Notes under the pieces: model-generated | Seen by the model: only the letters and a program-made list of their open reading frames with translations | Told to the model about the DNA's origin: nothing | Databases searched by the model: none | Assembly: GCA_001821295.1 (NCBI GenBank) | Contig: MHSK01000017.1 | Coordinates: forward strand, 31-64,030 | DNA from: Candidatus Taylorbacteria bacterium RIFCSPLOWO2_12_FULL_43_20 | Lineage (GTDB): Bacteria > Patescibacteriota > Minisyncoccia > Phycocordibacterales > HO2-43-120 | DNA length: 64,000 bases | Direction: 5' to 3' | Shown here: piece by piece, positions 29,283-39,409 of the stretch | Layout of the letters: the number at the start of each line of letters is the position of its first letter | Numbering within the stretch: the stretch's first letter is position 1 | Program-made: the position numbers and the translations under genes

Positions 29283-29918
29283 ATGAATTTTTTTTCAGAG
29301 AATTCTTCGGCAGAAAACGAAGTTAACGCGGAAGCCGCGGCATTCAAGGAAAAACGAACCCAAAAGAAAGGCGAATCATGGGCAGATCTATTAAAATTCG
29401 CAGTTATCGCTCTCATTATAGTTGTGCCCATAAGAATGTTTATCGCCAAACCGTTTGTCGTAAGCGGCTCTTCAATGGTGCCTACTTTTGAAAACGGCGA
29501 TTATTTGATAGTTGACCAGCTTACATACAAATTTGAAGATCCTGCGCGCGGAGATGTTGTAATTTTCAGATATCCTAATGACAGAACCAAATTTTATATA
29601 AAAAGGATAATAGGATTGCCCGGAGACACGATTAAATCGGAAGATGGCAAAGTAATAATATACAACAAGCATTATCCGGACGGTTTGTTTTTGGACGAGC
29701 CGTACTTGGAAAATATATCGTTAGATAATTTTACAGTCACCTTGCGCGAAAAGTACTTCGTGATGGGCGACAACAGACCGCAAAGCTCCGATTCAAGAGA
29801 ATGGGGTCCGTTGGAAGAGAGTTATATTATAGGCAGACCGGTTTTGCGTCTGCACCCCGTGCAAAATATAAACTTTTTTCCCGGCGAATATCACTTCATA
29901 GATTCACCACAGCAATAA
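29283..29918 (+). CDS. lepB: Signal peptidase I
   Basis: SGSSMVPT, YIKRIIGLPGD, MGDNR..SSDSR. Confidence 0.95.
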   Translation: MNFFSENSSAENEVNAEAAAFKEKRTQKKGESWADLLKFAVIALIIVVPIRMFIAKPFVVSGSSMVPTFENGDYLIVDQLTYKFEDPARGDVVIFRYPNDRTKFYIKRIIGLPGDTIKSEDGKVIIYNKHYPDGLFLDEPYLENISLDNFTVTLREKYFVMGDNRPQSSDSREWGPLEESYIIGRPVLRLHPVQNINFFPGEYHFIDSPQQ

Positions 29919-29920
29919 GC

Positions 29921-31150
29921 ATGGAAATCAAGACGCCAAAAAAAGAAAAGGAATCTGCATTAAAACTTAACGCTGTTTTGGAATATAGCGCCAAAAAACC
30001 CGCAGAAATTGCTTGTTATTATGGTTTCAGCCCGATAGGTACAGTCAAGGTTGAACAAGAAGATACCCTCAAAGTTAAAGAGCTGCTGAATTTAGAAATT
30101 GATCGACAGACTCGAAAACATGTAGAAATATATCCGGAAGAAAAAATCGCTCTATTAAGGAACTATATAGAAAGAAATGGGTCAAGAATTAAGCTGGAGA
30201 TGCTGTATGAAGATGGCGACACCGGCGCTGGACGCAGGCACATGAGCAATGAAATATCTTTCCACCTTGATATTATCGGTACAACCCGAAGCATCGCAGA
30301 AGCAACAATAATAAAAACCTGTCTGCAGATATTAAATGAGGAAGGGTATGAAAATTTGCTTGTGGAGATTAATACGATTGGAGATAAAGATTCAATTGCA
30401 AGATTCACCCGCGAATTGACTGTTTTCTTCAAAAAAAATATCTCTCTTCTTTCTCCACATTGCCGAGCCAAGATGAAGACTGACCCCTTTGACGTGCTAC
30501 TGTGTGAAAATCGAAAGTGCTTAAAAATAAAAAAGGAGGAGGGTCCTGATCCCATATCCTGTCTTTCTGAAAACGCCAGAAAACATTTTTCGGAAATACT
30601 GGAATACTTTGAAGAACTGGGGGTTCCGTACAGAATCAATTCCAAGGTCGTCGCGTCAAAGAAAATCTGCACCGGAGCCGTATTTGAGATCAAAGACAGT
30701 TCTAGCGAGACCGTACTGGCGAGAGGAATACGATACAACGGCCTATCAAAGAAATTGGGGTACAAAAAAGACATTGGCGCTGTGGGAATATTCGCTTGCT
30801 TCAAAAAAACAGAAACCGGGACTCGCGGTCGCGCGAGCAAAATTTCGCCAGCGCTTATAAAGACACCCAAAATTTATTTCATACAGCTCGGAGTCGTGGC
30901 GAAGCAAAAAAGTCTGGAAATAATTGAAACATTGCGCAAGGTGAAAATCCCGGTGCTTCAAAGTATTTCTGACGACAAGCTGGCGCCACAACTTGAACAG
31001 GCGGAAAATATGCACGCGACATTCGTAATCATCATGGGTCAGAAGGAAGCCATGGAAAATTCCATTATCGTAAGGAACATGCTGACCAGATCTCAAGAAA
31101 CCATAGAAATATCGAAACTTGGAGAATACCTGAAAAAGATCAAATTTTAA
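29921..31150 (+). CDS. Histidyl-tRNA synthetase-like protein with degenerate catalytic motifs and retained anticodon-binding domain
   Basis: HisRS architecture (YYGF, INTIGD, C...DPFDVL.C, HF..ILEYF...G.PY, RYNGL, AVG, HGTP-type C-terminal domain), but motif 2, RGLDYY and GGGRY are altered. Confidence 0.8.
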   Translation: MEIKTPKKEKESALKLNAVLEYSAKKPAEIACYYGFSPIGTVKVEQEDTLKVKELLNLEIDRQTRKHVEIYPEEKIALLRNYIERNGSRIKLEMLYEDGDTGAGRRHMSNEISFHLDIIGTTRSIAEATIIKTCLQILNEEGYENLLVEINTIGDKDSIARFTRELTVFFKKNISLLSPHCRAKMKTDPFDVLLCENRKCLKIKKEEGPDPISCLSENARKHFSEILEYFEELGVPYRINSKVVASKKICTGAVFEIKDSSSETVLARGIRYNGLSKKLGYKKDIGAVGIFACFKKTETGTRGRASKISPALIKTPKIYFIQLGVVAKQKSLEIIETLRKVKIPVLQSISDDKLAPQLEQAENMHATFVIIMGQKEAMENSIIVRNMLTRSQETIEISKLGEYLKKIKF

Positions 31151-31195
31151 ACAACCTTCGTTGTCCTCCCTTCTTCTCCCCATTCGTATTCATCC

Positions 31196-31231
31196 CCGAC
31201 GTTTCGGTTGGGGCTCCGACCGAAACGTCGG
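31196..31231. repeat. 36-bp palindrome, family C
   Basis: CCGACGTTTCGGTTGG-GGCT-CCGACCGAAACGTCGG. Confidence 0.8.
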
Positions 31232-31354
31232 AGTCGTATATTCGTATAATTAGTATGCATTAGTACCGTGTCCCGCCGTAGCTTCTTGGCGAAGGGGGGT
31301 ATCGGCATCGCTATAGCCCTTGTTCAGACCGCGCTCATGTGCTATATTGCAAAT

Positions 31355-31594
31355 ATGAAAAACATCCAAGTTGAAAAGAACGCAAGTGAAACAAATGTAA
31401 ATCTTTTACGCAGGTTCACAAAACGTGTTCAAGGTTCAGGCGTCTTGAGCAAAGTCCGGTCATTGAGGTACGCGACCAGAAAGCAATCGCCTTATAACGT
31501 TAAGAAAAAAGCGCTGAAGAATTTGCGGCGAAAAGAAGAAATCGCGGAACTGATAAAACAAGGAAAAATGTCTGAGAAACCTGGCAGGAGATAA
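31355..31594 (+). CDS. rpsU: 30S ribosomal protein bS21-like (divergent)
   Basis: V.K..SE....LLRRF.KRV..SGVL..VR..RY; highly basic. Confidence 0.7.
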   Translation: MKNIQVEKNASETNVNLLRRFTKRVQGSGVLSKVRSLRYATRKQSPYNVKKKALKNLRRKEEIAELIKQGKMSEKPGRR

Positions 31595-31651
31595 AAATCT
31601 TCTAGTTTAACACTAGGCCTAATTGTCATGCACTTTGGTTTGTAAAGTACA

Positions 31652-31799
31652 TAGGACTTATCCGTTTGATGCCGTTTGGCGCCTGCCAAACCATGGATTC
31701 CCGCTTTCCCTCCTTCGCTCTAAGAAGAGCTACGGGAGGGCGTAGCGCGGGAATGACAGATGGAGAATAGTTTAAATAAACGGTATTACGTAAGTCCTG
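31652..31799. mobile_element. TIR-1 family MITE carrying a family D insert (31708-31745)
   Basis: TAGGACTTA...TACGTAAGTCCTG; flanks GTACA/GAACA; ATTCCCGCTTT[38 nt]CGCGGGAAT. Confidence 0.75.
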
Positions 31800-31805
31800 G
31801 AACAA

Positions 31806-32198
31806 ATGTCTCCATTTTCTGATAATTTTCAAGTGACAAATACAACAAAAGGCAAGCTGCCACGCTTGCCTTTCTTACAAATGAAAAACGCCGTGCTGGG
31901 AAAAAAATATTCATTGAGTTTAGTTTTCACCGACAACAAACTTTCGCGAAAGTTAAATCTAAAATTCAGAAACAAAAATAAGCCGGCGAATATCTTGAGT
32001 TTCGCCCTTGAAAAGAATCTCGGCGAAATTTTTCTTGACTTGACTCAAGTTAGATGCGAAGCGCCTGAATTTGAAAGATCATATACAAATTTCGCCGCGT
32101 TTCTCTTTATCCACGGTCTCATGCATTTGAAAGGTTTCGTGCATAGTAGTAAAATGGAAGATGAAGAAAAGAAAATCCGTTCAAAATTTGGAGTCTGA
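31806..32198 (+). CDS. ybeY: rRNA maturation RNase YbeY
   Basis: LN..FR.KNKP.NILSF, GEIF, HGLMHLKGFVH. Confidence 0.92.
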   Translation: MSPFSDNFQVTNTTKGKLPRLPFLQMKNAVLGKKYSLSLVFTDNKLSRKLNLKFRNKNKPANILSFALEKNLGEIFLDLTQVRCEAPEFERSYTNFAAFLFIHGLMHLKGFVHSSKMEDEEKKIRSKFGV

Positions 32199-32277
32199 AC
32201 TATTTTGTTAAACTCATTACTTATCGGTTTGCGTTTTTATCTCTCAAGGAGCATCTTAAAATTTAAATGTACACACA

Positions 32278-33462
32278 ATGTCTAAAAGCGTCTCGGTAGG
32301 AATAGATGTAGGCACGCATGAGGTTAAAGTGGCCGTAGCCGAATCAACCGAAACAAAGGACAAAATTTTGCCCAAGATATTGGGGGTGGGTGTTGCTGAA
32401 GCAAAAGGTATCCGAAGAGGATATATTGTCAACTCAGATGATGTGACACGAAGTATCGCGCAAGCGGTAAGAAAATGCGAGAAGAGTTCAGGTGTAAAAA
32501 TAAAGAGGGCTTACTTATCTGTAGGCGGCATTGGCCTGCAGAGCGTAATGTCCACGGGTAGCATTATTATTTCCAGAGCCGACAGCGAAATAACTGACCT
32601 AGATGTGTCAAAGGCCATAGCAAACAGCGAGAAGGATATTCCGAAACAATTATCAATCAATAAGAAGGTCATCCACACTATCCCTGTCCAATACAGAATT
32701 GACGGTAAACTTGTCTTCGGTCGTCCGCACGGAATGAAGGCCATGAAGTTGGAAGTCAAGACGCTTTTTATTATTTGCACTGAACAACATATAAACGATC
32801 TCATCCAATGCGTTGAAGAGCTGGGCATTGAAGTGGAGGATGTTATAGCTTCACCTATAGCTGCCAGTCTTGTGGCGCTTAATAAACTTCAAAAAGTGGC
32901 GGGGTGCGTATTGGCCAATATAGGATCGGAGACGGTCTCAATAGTGGTTTTTGAAAACAATATTCCAATTTCACTTGAAGTCTTCCCGATCGGCAGCACT
33001 GACATAACGAACGATATCGCTCTTGGGTTGAAGACTTCACTGGAAGAGGCGGAGGATATCAAAAGACAGAAAATATCCGAATACCCTTATTCAAAGAAAA
33101 AAATTGATGAAATAATAGAAGCGCGGCTTTCGGATATTTTTGAATTGATTGATTCTCATTTGAAAAAAATCGGAAGAAGCCAGCTGTTGCCCGCGGGGAT
33201 CGTTCTCATCGGAGGAGGTTCACTTGAGAAAGACATGGAGGACTTTGCCAAATCTGAACTTAAGCTTCCGTCAAAAATCGGAAAGGTTGAAAACGGGGGT
33301 AACACGCCTGTAAATGATTTAAGTTTTGCCGTAGCTTACGGACTTTGTCTCGTCGGCTATACCAATACCGAGGAAAATGAGATGGGGCTTAAGCGCGGCT
33401 TGCGATTCGCGAAGACCGGCGGACGCCGCGTTATTTCATGGATAAAACAATTTTTGCCATAA
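32278..33462 (+). CDS. ftsA: Cell division protein FtsA
   Basis: GIDVGT, GIRRGYI, NIGSET, ITNDIA, IEARLSDIF, GIVLIGGG. Confidence 0.95.
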   Translation: MSKSVSVGIDVGTHEVKVAVAESTETKDKILPKILGVGVAEAKGIRRGYIVNSDDVTRSIAQAVRKCEKSSGVKIKRAYLSVGGIGLQSVMSTGSIIISRADSEITDLDVSKAIANSEKDIPKQLSINKKVIHTIPVQYRIDGKLVFGRPHGMKAMKLEVKTLFIICTEQHINDLIQCVEELGIEVEDVIASPIAASLVALNKLQKVAGCVLANIGSETVSIVVFENNIPISLEVFPIGSTDITNDIALGLKTSLEEAEDIKRQKISEYPYSKKKIDEIIEARLSDIFELIDSHLKKIGRSQLLPAGIVLIGGGSLEKDMEDFAKSELKLPSKIGKVENGGNTPVNDLSFAVAYGLCLVGYTNTEENEMGLKRGLRFAKTGGRRVISWIKQFLP

Positions 33463-33607
33463 CGCCGATTTCGCCCTATTAAATGCAGTACACTCGCCCT
33501 TTTCTTTTTCTGAGCATCTGATAACATATAGGTTAATTATTCCATAATTTATTGACAACCGGCGGAATCAAAAATGGCTTAAATAAAGGACCATCGGGGC
33601 TAGCCCG

Positions 33608-33797
33608 GAGATATTGAACCTTTGTTTCGTCTTCGCTCGGACGTCGTGAATGATATGAATCATTCACACGCTCCTCGCTAGCCGAAATAAAGGTTCCTCG
33701 GGACGAAGTTACCGAGATATTGAACCTTTGTTTCGTCTTCGCTCGGACGTCGTGAATGATAAGAATCATTCACACGCTCCTCGCTAGCCGAAATAAA
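33608..33797. repeat. Tandem duplication (period 106 bp) of the family F palindrome between ftsA and ftsZ
   Basis: GAGATATTGAACCTTTGTTTCG...CGAAATAAA starting at 33608 and 33714. Confidence 0.88.
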
Positions 33798-33848
33798 CGT
33801 TATTTAGTTATTACAAATATAAAAATGCCGACGGTTGCAAAAAAAATA

Positions 33849-35030
33849 ATGCCAAACATATCACCAGAAGTAGAGGCTTTCGCTCGTATCAAGGTTATCG
33901 GTATTGGGGGATCAGGCAAGAATGCCGTTAATCACATGGTAAGTTCAAAGGTGAGAGGGGTGGAATTCATAGCCATCAATACAGACGCTCAGGATTTGCA
34001 CAATTCACAGGCAAAACGAAAAATCCACATAGGAAAAAATCTAACGCGAGGCCTTGGAACAGGAATGAACCCGGAGCTTGGAAAACGAGCGGCCGAAGAA
34101 ACCAAAGAAGAAATCCAAGAAGCCATCAAAGGGGCCGACATGGTATTTATCGCGGGAGGTGAAGGCGGCGGCACCGGTACCGGTGCAAGTCCGATAGTCG
34201 CGAAGGTAGCAAAAGAAATGAACATATTAACTGTAGCTGTTGTTACGAAACCTTTTTTCTTTGAAGGTCAACAGAGAATGAAATTTGCAGAGCAAGGATT
34301 GGACGAGCTTCGCAAATCCGTAGACGCTCTCATTGTGATCCCAAACGACAGAATTTTAAATATTGTGGACAAAGAAACAACAGCCAAGGCGGCATTCGCG
34401 ATGTCCGATGAAATCTTGAAACAGGCGGTAGAGGGTATCTCGGATTTGATCACTCATCCGGGCATCATAAATGTGGACTTCGCCGATGTGAGATCAATAC
34501 TGGACAATGCCGGATCAGCGCTTATGGGAATTGGCAGTGCTACCGGAGAAAAAAGAGCCGAAGAAGCGGCTAAAATGGCTATCAACTCTCCCCTTCTGGA
34601 TCTTTCAATTCATGGAGCTAAGGGAGTTCTTTTCTCTATTGCGGGCGGAGACGATCTTACCATGTTTGAGATTCAAGACGCCGCGAAAATTATTACTGAG
34701 TCCATTGATCCCAATTCCAAAGTCATATTCGGAACCGTCAGAGATGATAAATTGCGTAAGAATGAAATTAAAGTTACAGTGATTGCTTCCGGATTTCCCG
34801 ACACCATGTTCAAGAAATCATTATTTCCTCAGTCTCAAACTCAAACAGGAGCCGAAGAAAAGGAAGATAAAAAAGGGAAAATTTATAACATGATACCCGG
34901 CAACAGCGTGAACACGGTAAATTTGAAAGACCAGAAGATTGATGAAAAGAAGTCAGAACCGGCTGTAGACGACAGTGATGATGACTGGGGAGCAGTTCCG
35001 GCATTCTTGAGGAGGTCAAAACTTAAATAA
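33849..35030 (+). CDS. ftsZ: Cell division protein FtsZ
   Basis: GGGTGTG, NTDAQ, INVDFADV, VPAFLRR; alternative start at 33825. Confidence 0.98.
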   Translation: MPNISPEVEAFARIKVIGIGGSGKNAVNHMVSSKVRGVEFIAINTDAQDLHNSQAKRKIHIGKNLTRGLGTGMNPELGKRAAEETKEEIQEAIKGADMVFIAGGEGGGTGTGASPIVAKVAKEMNILTVAVVTKPFFFEGQQRMKFAEQGLDELRKSVDALIVIPNDRILNIVDKETTAKAAFAMSDEILKQAVEGISDLITHPGIINVDFADVRSILDNAGSALMGIGSATGEKRAEEAAKMAINSPLLDLSIHGAKGVLFSIAGGDDLTMFEIQDAAKIITESIDPNSKVIFGTVRDDKLRKNEIKVTVIASGFPDTMFKKSLFPQSQTQTGAEEKEDKKGKIYNMIPGNSVNTVNLKDQKIDEKKSEPAVDDSDDDWGAVPAFLRRSKLK

Positions 35031-35100
35031 TTTTGAATTACAAGCAAATTAAAGCCCTTCAAGAACGGAAACGTTTTTAGTCTACTAATTTTTTCACTTA

Positions 35101-36024
35101 ATGATTTATGATCTCGCGATTATAGGCGGCGGCCCAGCGGCGGTAGCGGCTGGAGTATACGCATCCAGAAAAAAACTAAAAACAGTTTTTGTTACAAAAG
35201 ACTTTCAAAGCCAAAGCGCTGTATCGTCCGATATTCAAAACTGGATAGGAACTATAAGTATAACCGGCCAGGATTTTGCAAAAAATCTTGAAGGTCACCT
35301 CCGCGCCTATGCCAGCGACACCTTAGACATTATAACCGGCGAGGAAATAGTTTCCGTTGAAAGAAAAGATTTCGGGTTTACAGTTGTTTCAAAAAATAAT
35401 TCGTATGATGCTAATACATTACTCATAGCTACCGGCAGCAAGAGAAAAAAACTGAATGTACCGGGAGCGGATCTGTTTGAAAACAAAGGTATTACTTACT
35501 GCGCCTCGTGCGACGGTCCGCTTTTTGGCGGTCAGGATGTCGCAATAATAGGAGGGGGTAATTCCGGATTTGAATCGGCGGCCCAGCTATTGGCATACGC
35601 GAAAAGTGTGACATTACTATCCAGAAGCGAACTGTTAAAAGCCGATCCGGAAACAGTGGAAAAAATCGTCGCGGATCCCAAATTCATTTTAATAAAAAAC
35701 GTAAATATACGAGAGATAAAAGGGGACAAATTCGTGTCGTCACTAATATATGAGAAAAAAAATACCGGTGGAAGCCATGAAATTTTTGTATCGGGTGTTT
35801 TTGTGGAAATAGGATCAGTACCGGCAACTGAATTCGTAAAGGATTTGGTTGACATAGACGATTGGGGTCAGGTCATGGTGGACCCAAAAACGCAACGGAC
35901 TTCCCTTCCTGGTGTTTGGGCTGCCGGCGATTGCACGGACGGTCTATATCACCAGAACAACATTGCTGCGGGAGACGCCGTAAAAGCTTTGGAAGATATC
36001 TATGTAAAACTGCGCGCAAGCTGA
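35101..36024 (+). CDS. trxB: Thioredoxin reductase/AhpF-like FAD oxidoreductase
   Basis: IIGGGPA, YCASCDG, GGGNSG, WAAGD. Confidence 0.85.
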   Translation: MIYDLAIIGGGPAAVAAGVYASRKKLKTVFVTKDFQSQSAVSSDIQNWIGTISITGQDFAKNLEGHLRAYASDTLDIITGEEIVSVERKDFGFTVVSKNNSYDANTLLIATGSKRKKLNVPGADLFENKGITYCASCDGPLFGGQDVAIIGGGNSGFESAAQLLAYAKSVTLLSRSELLKADPETVEKIVADPKFILIKNVNIREIKGDKFVSSLIYEKKNTGGSHEIFVSGVFVEIGSVPATEFVKDLVDIDDWGQVMVDPKTQRTSLPGVWAAGDCTDGLYHQNNIAAGDAVKALEDIYVKLRAS

Positions 36025-36350
36025 TAATCGTAATTCATCTTTATTTAATGCTTTCACCGCATACTTACAGTTAAGCGGTGTTTTTTTGCGCAGCCATTAA
36101 TAAGTCAATTAAAGCTAAAGAAATTATGGTGAAAAAAATGCCCATAATGTCGCGGTTTTGTTGCTGGCAAATTGTGAAATACATTGCGGCGCATGGATAT
36201 TTTCAAACCATATATTGATGTAAGTTTTATTGTGGAAAAGTGTCTATAGCAACGGAGGCGCAATAAACAGTAGGTCGAATGCGTTTGAACATTCATACCA
36301 TAAAAATAATTGTGGGTAGCAAATTATAAAGTATATAAAAATTAATTATC

Positions 36351-38477
36351 ATGAACATTATAAGTAATAAATCGGAAAAAAGTTTAAGTAAACGATTAAC
36401 GGTAGTAGTGCTCGGTCTCGCGCTTATAGCATCCGGTTTTGTTGTTCCAGCGAACACTGAAGCTCAAAGTGCTACAAGCGTTCTTGTACAATTTAACCGA
36501 GATTTGACCATGGGCAGTACGGGCACTGACGTAGCCGCCTTACAGACAATCCTGATCGAAAAAGGTTTTCTTAATATTCCTCCAGGTGTGGCGAAGGGAT
36601 ATTTCGGACCTCTTACCAGAAGCGCGCTAGCGAGGTACCAGGCCTCTGTAGGCATTATGCCGTCAGTAGGATATTTCGGACCGATTACCAAAGCGCACTT
36701 TAACTCTATGGCGGGAGTTACTCCCCAGGTCCCAGGATGTCCTCCGGGAGCAATATTCAATTTCTTGACAGGCGCGCGATGCGACGCTGTTCAAGTTCCG
36801 GGTTGCCCGCCGGGAGCGATATTCAACTTCCTGACGGGTGTAAGATGCGACTTGGCAAGTCCGTCCCCTTCCCCTTCGCCAACGCCTGATGGTGATGGTG
36901 ATGATGATGATGAGTTAAGTGGCGGTGCGGGATCAATATCCAGCTATAAACTTATCTCTGCCCTAAACAACGAAAGAGTCGGGGAAGATGAAAAAGATGT
37001 AAATATCGCCGGCTTAGAGATTGAAGCATCCCAAGGATCAGATATTGAAATTAGCGCGATACGACTCGTATTTGATGGGGGCACAGCAACAAGCGATTTT
37101 GACAGATATGCGGATGACGTTTCAATCTGGCTTGACGGTGAAGAAGTGGCTAGAGTAGATGCCAGTGAATTTGACGACGACAATGACTGGAGCTCTACCG
37201 TGACATTAGACAGAGGAGCAATTATCCGTAGAGGCGATAAAGGAGAAGTCATTGTGGCAATTTCAGGCATCAGGAATCTAGACTCGGCAGATGAAGGAGA
37301 CACCTGGACGGTAGATTTCAGAAGTGTGAGATTCAGAGACGCTCAAGGAGCAACCATCAGTGAAGATCCGGGTACCGCAGTAAGAACATTGTCTTTTGAG
37401 TCGTTCGCGGCGGCGCGTAACGCGGAGCTAAGAATCAGAGCCGATGATGATAGTATTAATCAAGAAAGAGTGATTGACGTGCACGCGACAGACGACACGG
37501 ACAACGTAGCCATAACATCCTTTACTCTTGAGGCAAGAGGAAATTCTGACTTAGAGATCACAAAATTCGGAGTGAACGTTGATGTTACAGGTGCGGCTCA
37601 CGTAGATGATGCTATCTCTGCAATATACCTTTGGATAGACGGTGAAAGAGTGGCTACAGGAGTCGCGTTTGACGATGCCGACGGGGTAAATGTGGGACAG
37701 GATGAAGATTACCTATTTGACGACATTGACTTCATCATAGAAGCCGGCGATACGGTTAACGCTGAAATAAGAGTGGACTTTAATTCAACAGCCGGCGATC
37801 TTGATGAAGGCGATACTATTATGGTAACTCTTGGGGAGACCGAAACGGACCAGGCAAATCTGGTAGACGTGGAGGATGAGTCGGGTACGCAACTTCAAGA
37901 TGCCGATATAAGCGGACAAGTTACCGCGGGACCGCATTCACTGTTTGCCGCCGGTATAAATGTTACGTTTGTAAGCTCAAACGCGACAACAGACGGAGCG
38001 TCCGCGGGAACGGCAACCGGAGATGATACGGGAATCTATGAAATTGTCTTTGACGTAACATCATTCGGTGACGATGTCTTCATTGACGGAGACGTAATTG
38101 CTTCCACCACCGCAAATGCCATAGTAGCCGGAGCGGACGGTATAATCTGGGGAACAACCACAAATTCCAGCGCTACGACGACATTTGACAGCATAGTATC
38201 CTTTGCGATTCTTGAAGCGGAAGGGTTTGAAGGATCCAGTAGTTCAGCTCCCGACGTGACAACAACCGGCGCTCTATCTTACGGAGTTCCGGAGGGAGAA
38301 ACCCGCAGATTCAAACTCAAGATAAATCTCGGTCCTGTTACGGGAGACGTCCAAGCGGGCATAAGGTTGCGTGGCATCAGCTGGGACACAGACAGCGGTG
38401 ATACTCATGACAATCTATACAACTTTAATCTTGGACGATTCAGGACAGATACAATATTCTTGAATCAACAAGATTAA
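36351..38477 (+). CDS. Large acidic surface (S-layer-like) protein with peptidoglycan-binding domain
   Basis: Signal peptide; DLTMGSTG.DV..LQ...GYFGPLTR.AL..YQ; two QVPGCPPGAIFNFLTG.RCD repeats; Asp-rich beta domains. Confidence 0.85.
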   Translation: MNIISNKSEKSLSKRLTVVVLGLALIASGFVVPANTEAQSATSVLVQFNRDLTMGSTGTDVAALQTILIEKGFLNIPPGVAKGYFGPLTRSALARYQASVGIMPSVGYFGPITKAHFNSMAGVTPQVPGCPPGAIFNFLTGARCDAVQVPGCPPGAIFNFLTGVRCDLASPSPSPSPTPDGDGDDDDELSGGAGSISSYKLISALNNERVGEDEKDVNIAGLEIEASQGSDIEISAIRLVFDGGTATSDFDRYADDVSIWLDGEEVARVDASEFDDDNDWSSTVTLDRGAIIRRGDKGEVIVAISGIRNLDSADEGDTWTVDFRSVRFRDAQGATISEDPGTAVRTLSFESFAAARNAELRIRADDDSINQERVIDVHATDDTDNVAITSFTLEARGNSDLEITKFGVNVDVTGAAHVDDAISAIYLWIDGERVATGVAFDDADGVNVGQDEDYLFDDIDFIIEAGDTVNAEIRVDFNSTAGDLDEGDTIMVTLGETETDQANLVDVEDESGTQLQDADISGQVTAGPHSLFAAGINVTFVSSNATTDGASAGTATGDDTGIYEIVFDVTSFGDDVFIDGDVIASTTANAIVAGADGIIWGTTTNSSATTTFDSIVSFAILEAEGFEGSSSSAPDVTTTGALSYGVPEGETRRFKLKINLGPVTGDVQAGIRLRGISWDTDSGDTHDNLYNFNLGRFRTDTIFLNQQD

Positions 38478-38508
38478 ACGATCAGCTAAGGCAAAAAAGA
38501 ACAGCAAG

Positions 38509-38558
38509 ATAGAAAAACACAAAGAACCCCCTCAAGGGGGTTCTTTGTGTTTTTCTAT
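38509..38558. terminator. Long perfect bidirectional hairpin/terminator
   Basis: ATAGAAAAACACAAAGAACCCCC-TCAA-GGGGGTTCTTTGTGTTTTTCTAT. Confidence 0.8.
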
Positions 38559-38714
38559 TCTCAGTTAACTTTAATAACTGTGTCGCAAAACATTACACCC
38601 CGCAGTCCCGTCCCTATTCAAACTGTGAAAAGCAAGACCTCCGCCCAACTGACAAAAAAAACAGCGCGTTTGCGCCGTTTGTAAATTTTAAGAGCGGCAC
38701 CACAGACCGTTCCC

Positions 38715-38751
38715 CATTCGTGTGCGCTTTTCGTTAAGCGGTATCTACTAT
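38715..38751. repeat. 37-bp repeat; inverted copy at 44493-44529, partial copy at 56539-56565
   Basis: CATTCGTGTGCGCTTTTCGTTAAGCGGTATCTAC(T/C)AT. Confidence 0.8.
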
Positions 38752-38756
38752 GATCG

Positions 38757-39335
38757 CTACCTCTCAACGAACATACGTCCAATCCCCCTCCTGACACGAT
38801 TATCGGATGCATATTCCAAAATACACCGTCTTGCATTTCTATATTCAGACGATTGCTGGGATGATAGCGTTCGGCCAAATTCTTCTTCTGCCAACACTAC
38901 GGATTGGATATTGTAAAATTTGCACCAATAGTATACCCACCGGCAAGTAAGGGATATATCCCATCCCGACACAAAATAGACAACATCAGGCCTGAGCCGT
39001 GCTAGTATATTTTGGTAAAAATGCCTCAGAACAGGCATGCAACGAGGACGGTCATGCCGTTTCGTCAATGATTCCTCGTAGCTTCTTATCCACTGAGCGA
39101 ACTCAGCCAGCGGCACCACAGATTCATTGCGTTCCAGCAGTCTATCCGTAAAATGCTTGGCAGACGGTAATTTCAAATCATAATTGGTATATTCGGCTTC
39201 ACTTACTCCCATGACCATGCATAAAGGTCTTCCGACTCGCTTTGCCACTATTTCTGCTATCTTGTACAACTGTCCCGGTTGTTTGGCCCGCTTCAGCATA
39301 ATTCTCTCTTGCTCCGTCCAATTTTGCTTGTGCAT
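38757..39335 (-). CDS. Hypothetical protein, weakly DUF4406/nucleoside deoxyribosyltransferase-like
   Basis: YFVSGWDISLTCRW resembles the Y.L.GW..S.GA..E motif. Confidence 0.55.
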   Translation of the reverse strand: MHKQNWTEQERIMLKRAKQPGQLYKIAEIVAKRVGRPLCMVMGVSEAEYTNYDLKLPSAKHFTDRLLERNESVVPLAEFAQWIRSYEESLTKRHDRPRCMPVLRHFYQNILARLRPDVVYFVSGWDISLTCRWVYYWCKFYNIQSVVLAEEEFGRTLSSQQSSEYRNARRCILEYASDNRVRRGIGRMFVER

Positions 39336-39409
39336 AATTAAGCGTGTGTATGATGTAAAGATCTGGACAAATACTACTACAGCTTGTTGCCGAGTCAACA
39401 CACTTACTT

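Noticed and set aside
15701-30870. Long antisense ORFs (e.g. 15701-16360, 30163-30870, 23770-24243)
   Set aside because: Shadow frames opposite well-supported genes.
33608-33797. Tandem repeat as a CRISPR array
   Set aside because: Only two long units, no unique spacers, no cas genes, and the same unit is dispersed at 12427.
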